Part shown: in pieces, positions 12,986-26,514 of the stretch
Layout: every line of letters begins with the position of its first letter
How positions within the stretch are numbered: the stretch's first letter is position 1
Source: Macrostomum lignano
Lineage: Eukaryota
Length of the DNA stretch: 64,000 bases
NCBI GenBank assembly: GCA_002269645.1
Contig: NIVC01000051.1
Coordinates: forward strand, 186,001-250,000
Reading direction: 5' to 3'
The notes under the pieces: generated by a model
Database searches by the model: none
The model's input: the letters and a program-made list of their open reading frames with translations, nothing else
Told to the model about the DNA's origin: nothing
Program-made: the position numbers and the translations under genes

Positions 12986-15900
12986 TCAGCTGGACATGAT
13001 CTCGTCAATACTGAAACCCGACCGTTTCGTAGTTGGCCGACTTGATCCTGCGGTCAGACACAGGTGCGCTTGCGTCGCCGAGGCCGCACCCCAGCCAAAG
13101 TAATTGAACGGATGATAGAAGCTTGATGACGTCATCATCGCCTCGTGGAGTTGAATTCGACTCCAGTAGTTTGCAGCCGCAGTTGCCGAGTGGTCTGGCA
13201 AATCCCTGAAGTACATTTGCTGATGCTGCTGCCGGCACAGGTCAGACAGTGGCGCTCCGGCCGCGGTGGCGGCTGAACTCTGGGCTGGCTGCTGCGGCGG
13301 CAACGCCCTGTTCGGCTGCGGACGCTTCAAGGTTGAGTAGAAGTCTGCGAAAGGGTTGGGAGGGTTGAAGTTAGGTAACTCATAAGCATCTTCGCAGCTA
13401 TGGATTTCGCATGAGTGAGATTGTCACAAATGAGATTTGTAGGGTTGAGATTCTATAGATGCGATTCTTAGGTTTTAATGAAAGGGTGAGATTCTATGGC
13501 CGGATGCGACTCACAGGTTAACTGTGAGATTCTACGGATGAGATTCTCAGATAACGTGTGAGATGCTACGGATAATATTCTCAAGTAAAGGGTGAGATTC
13601 TACAGATGAGACTCTAAGGTAAAGGGTGAGATTCTACGGATGCGTTTTTCAGGTAAAGGGTGAGATTCTACAGATGAGATTCTCAGATAACGTGTGAGAT
13701 GCTACGGATAAGATTCTCAAGTAAAGGGTGAGATTCTACGGATGAGACTGTCAGGTAAAGGGTGAGATTCGACGGATGAGATTCTCAGGTGAAGGGTGAG
13801 ATTCTATAGATGAGATTCTCAGTTAAAGGGTGAGATTCTATGGATGAAGTTCTCTGCTAAAGATTGAGATTATCTGGAGGAAGGGTGAGATTCTCACTAA
13901 TAAGATAGAGTCTAATGAAGTGGGATTCTGATTGTTTCTCTAAATAACGGGCATTGGGCCGTATGCAGAAAGCTCTGTCTAGGGTAGTCCGGTCTTGAAA
14001 GCTAGTCTAGACTTAAATTTGGTACGCAGAAGCGCAAAGTTAGACCAGTCTACTATAGACAGAACTAGGGTAGCTGGACCATAGACCATAGACTGAATTA
14101 CCCAAGTCCGGACTAGCTAGTCTGGACTAGGCTTTCTGCATACGGCCCATTGTGAGTGACGTGAGTGAGTTTATCGTCGAACTTCGAAAGAGGAAGATCA
14201 ACGACAGCGTTTTCATAGATTCACTAATCTGAACAAGCCCTAGCAACAACAAAGACCACACTGTGTCCCAAATGCAACCCAGTGAAGTGGAACAAAGACC
14301 AAAGACTGCTAAATCAACTTCAGCGACCAGAGTGGAAAAATTGAAGGGCCCAGCAAACAAAGACCTGCCTGCAAGAGAGTCAGAGACTACCTGGAGAGCA
14401 ATTTATAAGTTTGTTTACTGTAATCTGAAGTGGGGAAACCATTTTACGTTTAAATGTGAAATGGCCTGTGCAAACCGTGAACTCGGTCAATAAAGGTCAG
14501 CAAAAGTTAAAAATGAGGCATGAGAGTTGGGTGTTTTACTGATTGATGAACGATAATTTTTCATCGCTTACTTAGTTACTAACTGTCCCGAATGAAGTGT
14601 GGCTCGTCAGTTCGTGGCTGTTTATAACTAGGAAGGGGTCTGTCCACATTTCACGCACATCAAGCACAGCACAGCTCGTAAGGCACTGCGGTCTCCGCAC
14701 GAAAAAGTTAACACTACCTGACCCAATCCGATGAAGTAGTGGATAAAACCCCATTTGACGGAAAATACTTTCACAGTAAATCCACTTCTGTGATACTTTT
14801 AGCAGACTAATTTAAAATTTGAAGTTTAGGTCTTGTACAGTTTAGGTCTTGTGAAGTTTAGGTTGTGAAGTTTAGGTCTTGTGAAATTTAGGTCTCTTGA
14901 AGTTTAGGTCTTGTGCAGTTTAGGTCTCGTGAAGTTTGGGTCTTGTGCAGTTTAGGTCTTGTGAAATTTAGGTCTCGTGAAGTTTAGGTCTTGTGCAGTT
15001 TAGGTCTTGTGCAGTTTAGGTCTTGTGAAGTGAAGTTTAGGTCTTGTGCAGTTTAGGTCTTTTGAAGTCTAGGTCATGGTAAAGTTTAGGTCATGGTAAA
15101 GTTTAGGTCATGGTAAAGTTTAGGTCTTGTGCAATTTAGGTCTCGTGAAGTTTAGGTCTTGTGCAGTTTAGGTCTTTTGAAGTTTAGGTCTTGTGCAGTT
15201 TAGGTCTTGTGAAGTGAAGTTTAGGTCTTGTGCAGTTTAAGTCTTGTGAAGTTTAGGTCTCGTGAAGTTTAGGTCTTTTGAAGTCTAGGTCATGGTAAAG
15301 TTTAGGTCATGGTAAAGTTTAGGTCATGGTAAAGTTTAGGTCTTGTGCAATTTAGGTCTCGAGAAGTTTAGGTCTTGTGCAGTTTAAGCCTCGTGAAGTT
15401 TAGGTCTTGTGAGATTAGGTCTTGTGAAATTGGATCCTTAAATATTTTAAATTTAAACGTTATAAAATTTAGATCTTGTGGAAGCGCCACCCTTAAAAAA
15501 TTTGGTTCATCTAATGCGATTGTTTAACTCCCGACAGCAACGGTAACTTCCATGTTGCAAGGACCGCTACCCAGGACCCCTAGGTGACTAATCGAAAATC
15601 GCTTGAATTTGAAAAGCCAGCAGGTTCCTTCTGTGAAAAATCGCGATGAAAAAGTCACCTCAGTGACGCCAATAAGTCGGCCACCTGTGTTTGGTTTTTT
15701 TGCCACCCGTCAAGCAGAGTGGGTGAGTCAATGAAGGATTTCAATAGCTGCGCATATCCTTGACTGTTGTATTTCAATACCACAATAAAGAGCGCATTTT
15801 CCCCGATTTTTTTGGTTCTCGTCCGACCCGTGAAAAATATCTCCCTGCACCCAACCAGACCAGCTCCGTCCCTGCTGGCGCCGGCCGGTCTCGGGCGCGA

Positions 15901-18900
15901 CATTATTGAGAGTGAGAGAGAGAGAGGTGGACAGAATAAATGGGGAGTATTATATTTTAGCACCAGCCAAAGAGAATTGGGGATTTGGGAAAGCTTTATT
16001 CAACCGACAACCCAGATCTGTTGGCGCCCTCACGCAAATGCAGACAGTCGCACCGCGCTGACGACTTCAAAAGCCCGTTGCGACAGGGTGGCGCCTCCGA
16101 AAATCCCCAGGCTTAATCAAACCGGAACTCCGACCCTCACCTCGCAACCCCCAATTACCCAGCAAGACCTGCTCTTCCAAGTTTAGATCCGCCATAATGC
16201 GGAGATTTGCTTCTACCAGACGGTCTGAGGTGGGAAATTGTCTTATATTACAGACTGATATGATCTGGGCAATAATAGATATGCTCTTCAATTTCTCAGA
16301 AGTTTTTAAAGACTTTTGTGGTTTTATAGTTTTGATGATTACGAAGCTGAGAGAGAAGACAACTTGAACTGACTGACCTTGCAAGTCCTCTGATTTGCAG
16401 CTGGCGTCGAGGCACGAGCAACGATAAGACGAGGTCTCATCGGACAAGACGCTTCCGCAAGTGCTGCTGCAATTTCTGCTTTTCACATTTTTGTTGTTGT
16501 TGCAATCTCCTCCAAGGTGGACCGAAGATTCTGTTCGAGCAGCCGAGTAGCGACTCCTGCAATCAAACAAATGTTCTTTGAATTGAAGATTATTAAAAAT
16601 TTTCATCTGAATCCACGAGTTGGAAACCAATCTGAATCGATGAGTTGGAAACCAATCTGAATCGATGAGTTGGAAACCAATCTGAATCCACGAGTTGGAA
16701 ACCAATCTGAATCCACGAGTTGGAAACCAATCTGAATCGAGTTGGAAACCAATCTGAATCGAGTTGGAAACCAATCTGAATCGAGTTGGAAACCAATCTG
16801 AATCCACGAGTTGGAAACCAATCTGAATCGAGTTGGAAACCAATCTGAATCGAGTTGGAAACCAATCTGAATCCACGAGTTGGAAACCAATCTGAATCGA
16901 GTTGGAAACCAATCTGAATCCACGAGTTGGAAACCAATCTGAATCGATGAGTTGGAAACCAATCTGAATCGATGAGTTGGAAACCAATCTGAATCGAGTT
17001 GGAAACCAATCTGAATCCACGAGTTGGAAACCAATCTGAATCGATGAGTTGGAAACCAATCTGAATCGATGAGTTGGAAACCAATCTGAATCGATGAGTT
17101 GGAAACCAATCTGAATCCACGAGTTGGAAACCAATCTGAATCCACGAGTTGGAAACCAATCTGAATCGAGTTGGAAACCAATCTGAATCCACGAGTTGGA
17201 AACCAATCTGAATCGATGAGTTGGAAACCAATCTGAATCGATGAGTTGGAAACCAATCTGAATCGAGTTGGAAACCAATCTGAATCCACGAGTTGGAAAC
17301 CAATCTGAATCCACGAGTTGGAAACCAATCTGAATCGATGAGTTGGAAACCAATCTGAATCGATGAGTTGGAAACCAATCTGAATCGATGAGTTGGAAAC
17401 CAATCTGAATCGATGAGTTGGAAACCAATCTGAATCCACGAGTTGGAAACCAATCTGAATCGATTGAGTTGGAAACCAATCTGAATCGATGAGTTGGAAA
17501 CCAATCTGAATCGATGAGTTGGAAACCAATCTGAATCGATGAGTTGGAAACCAATCTGAATCGATGAGTTGGAAACCAATCTGAATCGATGAGTTGGAAA
17601 CCAATCTGAATCGATGAGTTGGAAACCAATCTGAATCGATGAGTTGGAAACCAATCTGAATCCACGAGTTGGAAACCAATCTGAATCCACGAGTTGGAAA
17701 CCAATCTGAATCGATGAGTTGGAAACCAATCAGAATCCAGTTGTTCATCGGCAGGTGAGTTGGCGACCAACCTTTTGCAGTCCTTGCGAAGTGCGGCAGC
17801 CGCTTCGCGGAATCCTTTGGCAAAGGGATTGTGGTCAATCTTCAGCTGGGTGATCTGAAAAAAATTTAATGTCTACACAATAAAAGACATGGAACTATAC
17901 ATTCGCAACTTGACAATTAGTCATAAATTATGATTTATAGCCTTACCTTGTCATTCTGATAAGCTGTTACCGCGATGAACGCTGTCTCGGCAAACTGGAA
18001 GGTGTCAATGCTGCGACTGAAAGCTAGCTGACTGACCTGGTCAGCTTGAGCAATGTAGAAGTTGATTACATATCGGTGCATACTGTTTAGCACGGCCTGC
18101 GGAGAGGTGGGGGAGAGGTTTTTCATTCAATTGACGTTAAAAAAACCAACGGCTGTGAAAATGACATCCTGGCTGTGAAAATGACATCCTAGCAGTGAAA
18201 ATGACATCCTAGCAGTGAAAATGACATCCTGGCTGTGAAAATGACATCCTAGCTGTGAAAATGACATCCTGGCTGTGAAAATGACATCCTAGCAGTGAAA
18301 ATGACATCCTAGCAGTGAAAATGACATCCTAGCTGTGAAAATGACATCCTAGCAGTGAAAATGACATCCTAGCAGTGAAAATGACATCCTAGCTGTGAAA
18401 ATGACATCCTGGCTGTGAAAATGACATCCTAGCAGTGAAAATGACATCCTAGCTGTGAAAATGACATCCTGGCTGTGAAAATGACATCCTAGCAGTGAAA
18501 ATGGCATCCTAGCTGTGAAAATGGCATCCTGGCTGTGAAAATGACATCCTAGCAGTGAAAATGACATCCTAGCAGTGAAAATGACATCCTAGCTGTGAAA
18601 ATGACATCCTAGCTGTGAAAATGACATCCTAGCTGTGAAAATGACATCCTGGCTGTGAAAATGACATCCTGGCTGTGAAAATGACATCCTGGCTGTGAAA
18701 ATGACATCCTAGCTGTGAAAATGACATCCTAGCTGTGAAAATGACATCCTAGCTGTGAAAATGACATCCTGGCTGTGAAAATGACATCCTAGCAGTGAAA
18801 ATGACATCCTAGCTGTGAAAATGACATCCTAGCTGTGAAAATGACATCCTAGCTGTGAAAATGACATCCTGGCTGTGAAAATGACATCCTAGCTGTGAAA

Positions 18901-21808
18901 ATGACATCCTAGCTGTGAAAATGACATCCTAGCTGTGAAAATGACATCCTAGCTGTGAAAATGACATCCTGGCTGTGAAAATGACATCCTAGCTGTGAAA
19001 ATGGCATCCTAGCTGTGAAAATGGCATCCTGGCTGTGAAAATGACATCCTGGCTGTGAAAATGACATCCTGGCTGTGAAAATGGCATCCTAGCTGTGAAA
19101 ATGACATCCTAGCTGTGAAAATGACATCCTGGCTGTGAAAATGACATCCTAGCTGTGAAAATGACATCCTGGCTGTGAAAATGACATCCTAGCTGTGAAA
19201 ATGACATCCTAGCTGTGAAAATGACATCCTGGCTGTGAAAATGACATCCTGGCTGTGAAAATGACATCCTGGCTGTGAAAATGACATCCTGGCTGTGAAA
19301 ATGACATCCTGGCTGTGAAAATGGCATCTTTAACTTTGAAAATGGCATCTTTAACTTTGAAAATGGCATCCTGGCTGTGAAAATGACATCCTGGCTGTGA
19401 AAATGACATCCTGGCTGTGAAAATGGCACCTTTAACTTTGAAAATGGCTTCTTTGAATTACAAACTGTGCTTCTCTATAAAAAGTGAAACTTTCCGAGAA
19501 AGTTATCCTTGAGAATTCTGTGACTGAACCCGAAAGCTCCAGCCTCAGGAATACGTCAGGTACTCACGTATCCCTGCTTGTCGCACAGGTTGTTCGTCAG
19601 CTTCAGCTTGTGAAAAGACACCAGCCTTGCCATCCAGTGCTGTCCGGTGGCCGGACTGTCCGGATGAATGTACAGCCGCCTGGGCGGTTCCGGATCCGCT
19701 TTGCCAGCTGGTGTCCACCGACCCGACTGGAACTTGTAGCGGGCGCCGTCCGCTGGGGTGACTTCGACGGCCAACACGTAGTTTGAGTTGGGCTGGAGAC
19801 CCGACAGGCGGAGGCGCAGAGCCGGGAACATCCGCCTGGAGTGAGGGGGGCGTGAGATGAATATTGATTTTTAATTCTCTCTGATGCCCCTTGCTTGAGA
19901 CGGCAGTCTGTCGCACGATGACAGGGACTTTGACAGGCACTTTGACAGGCACGATGACAGGGACTTTGACAGGCACTTTGACAGGCACTATGACAGGGAC
20001 TTTGACAGGCACTTTGACAGACACTTTGAGAGGCACTATGACAGGCACTATGACAGACACTATGACAGACACTATGACAGGCACTATGACAGACACTATG
20101 ACAGACACTATGACAGACACTATGACAGGCACTATGACAGACACTATGACAGACACTATGACAGGCACTATGACACACTATGACAGGCACTATGACACAC
20201 TATGACAGACACTATGACAGGCACTATGACAGACACTATGACAGACACTATGACAGACACTATGACAGACACTATGACAGGCACTATGACAGACACTATG
20301 ACAGACACTATGACAGGCACTATGACACACTATGACAGGCACTATGACACACTATGACAGACACTATGACAGGCACTATGACAGACACTATGACAGACAC
20401 TATGACAGGCACTATGACAGACACTATGACAGACACTATGACAGGCACTTTGACAGGCACTATGACAGGGACTTTGACAGGCACTATGACAGACACTTTG
20501 AGAGGCACTATGACAGGCACTATGACAGACACTATGACAGGCACTATGACAGACACTATGACAGACACTATGACAGGCACTATGACACACTATGACAGGC
20601 ACTATGACACACTATGACAGACACTATGACAGGCACTATGACAGGCACTATGACAAACACTTTGAGAGGCACCATATTTTTTTCTTTATAATTGCTTGCA
20701 TTGCAGAAAAGTGATAAATTTTTACTGACAATTAAACTGTTCATAAGCCATGCAGTCTTGTGTTCTAACTTTTAACAGTTGCTAAATTCTAAGAATTTCT
20801 GTTTCAATTCAAAAAGAAAAGGGGCAATTTTATGAAGGCCTATAATTATGCCTCTCATGGGTACAGGATAGCGTGCTTAGGTGAATTCATTTTTTATAAG
20901 GCGCAGAAACAGGCAACAGGCCAGGAGACTAAGCAGTGGGACTAGGCTGCTTCAACAACAGAAACTACAGATAGATATTAGACAAACCAGAAAATGAACT
21001 AGGATTAAGAAGAGAGAATATTTTATCGCCTGTAATTTCGCTGTTTTATTGTCTTGTTAGTTTTGTTATAATTGTACTGGAGTTGTTGTAAAACGAAACA
21101 GAGAGAATATAAAATTGAAATGAAAAGAAATGAATTGGAAGAGGCAGAGAGAGTGAAAGAGAAGGGGGCCAACTGCAATGTTTCCATATTAGCTTAGAGA
21201 ATAAAAACGCTGAGTTATGGAGGATTACACAATTATGTTATTACATTGTCTCTGTCAGACAGAATGGCGCTTGTTATAGTTGGAACAGGTGTTTTTGTAA
21301 AGCATTTTATGACATTTGCTACACTATCTGTTCTGGCCGTCAAAGAGTTCTGCAACAAATATTGCCATTTCTAAATTTTCAATCACATGCAATATGCATT
21401 CATACAATAATTAATAACTGCCATTGTCATTGTCACTGAGGTCATTCGTCTTTAAAAAAAAACTAACAGCACAATGAGTCATAGCTTGTGATCAACATCA
21501 ATATTTATTGACCCTTAGCTTGCGAAAAATCAAAAATCCACTCTTTGCGTTTTGTCAACAAGGGGTGCGTGCTTACTTTCACAAGGACCCCTGGCTAAAT
21601 TTTACACGACCTAAATTTCACGGGATCAATAGATTATAAATTAGTGTAAGTAACTGCAGTCCGCTTACCTTCCCGACTTTGTTATAACCATCTCTGTGCC
21701 CAAGTTGTAAAATTGTTGCCACAATTTCGAATCCTCCAAAACAGCTTTCGGTCCCGCTATCGATTCCTGTTGACCGGTTTTTGGAGTTGTCAACTCGCAG
21801 GGATGCAT
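12986..21808 (-). CDS. Tbx2/3: T-box transcription factor, Tbx2/3 (omb)-like, ~392 aa; exons 21808-21669, 19835-19568, 18096-17947, 17854-17772, 16556-16378, 13344-12986
   Basis: All introns are GT-AG and phase-consistent (total 1179 nt). T-box: [91 protein letters not shown], closely matching Tbx2/3, with introns at the conserved T-box positions. C-terminal FSIDEIM. The exon structure after the T-box is less certain. Confidence 0.9.
13415..13905. repeat. Degenerate GAGATTCT-based tandem repeat (T-box last intron)
   Basis: Recurrent AAAGGGTGAGATTCTACGGATGAGATTCTC units. Confidence 0.8.
14820..15430. repeat. 16-bp minisatellite (GTGAAGTTTAGGTCTT)
   Basis: Visible tandem units. Confidence 0.93.
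16603..17738. repeat. 22/25-bp minisatellite (GAGTTGGAAACCAATCTGAATC +/- CAC/GAT), T-box intron 4
   Basis: Visible tandem units; source of the [11 protein letters not shown] artefact ORFs. Confidence 0.96.
18152..19445. repeat. 20-bp minisatellite (GCTGTGAAAATGACATCCTA), T-box intron 2
   Basis: Visible tandem units. Confidence 0.96.
19905..20672. repeat. 12-bp minisatellite (TATGACAGGCAC), T-box intron 1
   Basis: Visible tandem units. Confidence 0.95.
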
Positions 21809-22349
21809 TGTTATTGGGAAATAATCAAAATTTGTTTAAACTTAATTCTTTGATATTTAGCTCATGTGTGTGTGCAACTCGAGAGGTCTTGGACGATAAT
21901 TCAGAATCGAGCATTTCTAAATAAACGAAATGAACATTGGGGTGACCAATTATGAAAACGGAAAATTTATCCAACCAGAAAACAGGCCGGCCGCTCATTG
22001 GCTGACTGAGGTGTCTAAAAAAACGCCCCCCACCCCCGACAAAGCGAATCAAACCACTCCTGCCCCGAGGAGGGGACCCACAAGTTTTTTTGGCCCGCCA
22101 GTTCACCACCAACTGGAGCGGAAGAAGAGGCGGTGTGGGTGGTGTGGGGATTAGGGGTGGCCCTCCGTTTACCGCCTTCCAGTTTTGCGACACCTTGGCG
22201 CCAATGCCCCCCCCACACTTGACACTATCATAAAGACGCCATTTATAAATTCGCTTTTGTTGTTAGAGCTGGGCGGGATGCGACAAGGACGTCTAAGTTT
22301 TAGCAACTGGATTGGAACAACCCATTGGAATGTTTTAAATGAGCATTTG

Positions 22350-23072
22350 ACTCTGGAATGAGTGTTTCCCGTGTTTAAACTGGGCGTTTCAATGCTGGAA
22401 TGAGTGTTTCCCGTGTTTAAACTGGGCGTTTCAATGCTGGAATGAGTGTTTCCCGTGTTTAAAATGAGCGTTTCAATGCTGGAATGAGTGTTTCCCGTGT
22501 TTAAACTGGGCGTTTCAATGCTGGAATGAGTGTTTCCCGTGTTTAAAATGAGCGTTTCAATGCTGGAATGAGTGTTTCCCGTGTTTAAACTGGGCGTTTC
22601 AATGCTGGAATGAGTGTTTCCCGTGTTTAAACTGGGCATTTCGATTCTGGAATGAGTGTTTCCCGTGTTTAAACTGGGCGTTTCAATGCTGGAATGAGTG
22701 TTTCCCGTGTTTAAACTGGGCGTTTCAATGCTGGAATGAGTGTTTCCCGTGTTTAAACTGGGCATTTCGATTCTGGAATGAGTGTTTCCCGTGTTTAAAC
22801 TGGGCGTTTCAATGCTGGAATGAGTGTTTCCCGTGTTTAAACTGGGCGTTTCAATGCTGGAATGAGTGTTTCCCGTGTTTAAACTGGGCATTTCGATTCT
22901 GGAATGAGTGTTTCCCGTGTTTAAACTGGGCGTTTCAATGCTGGAATGAGTGTTTCCCGTGTTTAAACTGGGCGTTTCAATGCTGGAATGAGTGTTTCCC
23001 GTGTTTAAACTGGGCATTTCGATTCTGGAATGAGTGTTTCCCGTGTTTAAACTGGGCGTTTCGATTCTGGAA
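22350..23072. repeat. 42-bp minisatellite upstream of the T-box gene
   Basis: Unit TGCTGGAATGAGTGTTTCCCGTGTTTAAACTGGGCGTTTCAA, ~17 copies. Confidence 0.96.
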
Positions 23073-24047
23073 TTAGTTTCTAAAACTATTTTTTTAGTTT
23101 CCAGTCCAACTGGTGCAAACTCTATAGGAGTCCCTGGTCAGTTGAGCTAAAATGATACCCAGCTCAAGACTCACATTTTACTATTAGAGAAGGCAATAAA
23201 TAATAGTGTATATATATGCATATGGTGAGAGAAAACTCGTTTGTCTTTTGTCAAAAAAAATTGACGCCAAAGAGAGTTTAAAAGAGCCTTCTTGAAGCAA
23301 GTTGGGCCAAGAACAGAACAGAAGCACAGGAGCAGACGAATTCGCTTGCTTTAGTTTAGTTTTGGTCTGCTGTGAGTCCGTTTGGCGCCGAGAATTCTGT
23401 CACGAATCCAACGCAGAAAAAAATGTTCGCGCTTGTTGGGAGGGAGCGAACGCGTCTTAATACGAAAATATAACAGACAGCAGCAGCCTGACAATGCCCC
23501 ACCCCCCCCCCTCTCTCAACTCTCAAAAATCATTTTGGCGCCAGCCAGTCTTGGCGGCGGTTTAAGCAAAAGAAATCTGTCTCCACACACAGCAGATATG
23601 CGCTGCTGCTGCTGCTGCTGCGGCTGCATTTTCTCTCCTCCTTGGGGGTTGGGGGTGGCAGACATGCCCCGTATGCAGAAAAAAGCCACGGCAATTGCTG
23701 CTTCTTCTTGTTGCTATACTGTAGTGGGGCTCCCTGTATGCGATGGCGCCGCACCGCCACCTCCCCTCCCCCCTCATGTCTTGACTTGGCGGGACTGCAA
23801 GTGTCTGCATGCAGTGCCGGTAGCCAGCCAGTTGTCTGGTCTGTAAGCTGCCAGCGTCACACTTTCTGAGAAATAGAAAAAAACTCAAGCAAACACCTCA
23901 CTGTAATGGCTGAATACTCTGCTCTCAAGTGCCTGCTCAATTTTTATTTTGCTTTGTCACTTTTCGGCGCTAAATAATAGCCGCATGGGCTGATCTATGC
24001 ATTTTTTCAACAATCACCACCCGAGGAATAAAACTCGACGCTGCGTA

Positions 24048-25472
24048 TAGTATCTACCCAGATACTTTAGTATCTACCCAGATACTTTAGTATCTACCCA
24101 GATACCTTAGTATCTACTCAGATACCTTAGTATCTACCCACATACCTTAGTATCTACCCAGATACCTTAGTATCTACCCAGATACCTTAGTATCTACTCA
24201 GATACCTTAGTATCTACCCACATACCTTAGTATCTACCCAGATACCTTAGTATCTACCCAGATACCTTAGTATCTACTCAGATACCTTAATATCTACCCA
24301 GATACCTTAGTATCTACCCAGATACCTTAATATCTACCCAGATACCTTAATATCTCCCCAGATACCTTAATATCTACCCAGACACCTTAGTATCTACCCA
24401 GATACCTTAATATCTACCCAGATACCTTAGTATCTACTCAGATACCTTAATATCTACCCAGATACCTTAGTATCTACCCAGATACCTTAATATCTACCCA
24501 GATACCTTAGTATCTACCCAGATACTTTAATATCTACCCAGATACCTTAGTATCTACTCAGATACCTTAATATCTACTCAGATACCTTAGTATCTACCCA
24601 CATGCCTTAATATCTACCCAGATACCTTAATATCTACTCAGATACCTTAGTATCTACCCACATACCTTAATATCTACCCAGATACCTTAATATCTCCCCA
24701 GATACCTTAATATCTACCCAGACACCTTAGTATCTACCCAGATACCTTAATATCTACCCAGATACCTTAGTATCTACTCAGATACCTTAATATCTACCCA
24801 GATACCTTAGTATCTACCCAGATACCTTAATATCTACCCAGATACCTTAGTATCTACTCAGATACCTTAATATCTACTCAGATACCTTAGTATCTACCCA
24901 CATGCCTTAATATCTACCCAGATACCTTAATATCTACTCAGATACCTTAGTATCTACCCACATACCTTAATATCTACCCAGATACCTTAGTATCTACCCA
25001 GATACCTTAATATCTACTCAGATACCTTAGTATCTACCCACATACCTTAATATCTACCCAGATACCTTAGTATCTACCCAGATACCTTAATATCTACCCA
25101 CATACCTTAGTATCTACCCAGATACTTTAGTATCTACCCACATACCTTAGTATCTACCCAGATACCTTAGTATCTACCCACATACTCCCATAGAATCTCC
25201 CATAGAGATTCTCGCATAGAGATTCTCCCACAGAGATTCTCCCATGCCCACAGAGATCTGAGATTCTCCCACAGAGATTCTCCCATAGAGATTCTCCCAT
25301 AGAAACTCTCCCATAGAGATTCTCCCATAGAAACTCTCCCATAGAGATTCTCCCATAGAAACTCTCCCATAGAGATTCTCCCATAGAAACTCTCCCATAG
25401 AGATTCTCCCATAGAAACTCTCCCATAGAGATTCTCCCATAGAAACTCTCCCATAGAGATTCTCCCATAGAT
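24048..25472. repeat. Compound satellite: 20-bp TATCTACCCAGATACCTTAG (to ~25185), then 14-bp CTCCCATAGAGATT/AACT
   Basis: Two visible arrays joined directly. Confidence 0.95.
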
Positions 25473-25914
25473 ACTCTGTTTCAAGCCATGGGTGCATGCC
25501 GGTGCCGTAACTTTATTTATAGCACTTTCACAGAAAAATACGTTATGCGTATCTAATGTTTGTAGGTGAGTAGAAGTAGAAGTTGCAGAAAAGTCAGGAT
25601 CACACCGTATTTACCCCGCTGCCCGCTCTCAGAGTGGCCACTTCGTGTGCTCTGTGGGTCAATTGAGAAACTCACAACACTCATTCATAGCTCGTACAGC
25701 CTATTTTGCATGATTTATGATGCATGACTGTATACATGTATAGTTTTGTTCGTCCTCTCTCCTTCTCTCCCTCAGCAGCGGCTATAGCAAGGAATTCCAG
25801 AACCAAAAATATGGAACGAGTGTAGCAACTCTCAACTCAACCACAGACCCTCATCTGTCGACCAATTGAGGCTGACTTTATCTTCGATTAGGTTGAAACC
25901 AAAATTGTGTCGGA

Positions 25915-26097
25915 GATATGAAGTGTCGGAGATGTGAAGTGTCGGAGATATGATGTGTCGGAGATGTGAAGTGTCGGAGATATGAAGTGTCAGAGATGTG
26001 AAGTGTCGGAGATGTGAAGTGTCGGAGATGTGAAGTGTCGGAGATATGAAGTGTCAGAGATGTGAAGTGTCGGAGATGTAAAGTGTCGGAGATGTAA
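25915..26097. repeat. 16-bp minisatellite (GAAGTGTCGGAGATGT)
   Basis: Visible tandem units. Confidence 0.9.
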
Positions 26098-26514
26098 TTC
26101 TCAGTCAGCCTAAAGTTGTCCGAGAATTAAATGTGGCAGGGTCTATCTGTGTGGCCGGCCGCTGTTTAACAATGCTGGCGCCAGCGGGACGCGGTGCGGC
26201 ACGCATATGCTCTCCTGTCAAACCGGCAGCGCGACAGTCTCGGAGTTCGGTGTTGGGCAAATGCTAAAAGACTTGACGCATTCAAGCAAGCAGGGTGTGT
26301 TGGGGCTGGGGTTGTAAATTAAATTTGTAGAGTCTTGCTCACAGATTTATTGTTTATACACGCACACTCGCTTTGTTGGCAGAATTTAGCGGTCTTTGGA
26401 CTCCTGAGGGTGCAAGTAGAAGTTTTGTTTTCTTGGGTAAAGTTTACCGTTGCTTTGGAAAATATGTCTTAATGCTGGGGTAATACGCTCGTATAGGCTG
26501 GTGGGGTAAGCCAG

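Noticed and set aside
15524-15600. Possible extra T-box exons near 15.55 kb and 14.6 kb
   Set aside because: Weak donors or in-frame stops; not needed to keep the frame.
23382-23888. Overlapping ORFs with poly-C/poly-A (CTG)n stretches upstream of the T-box gene
   Set aside because: Low-complexity, open on both strands; more likely regulatory or intergenic.
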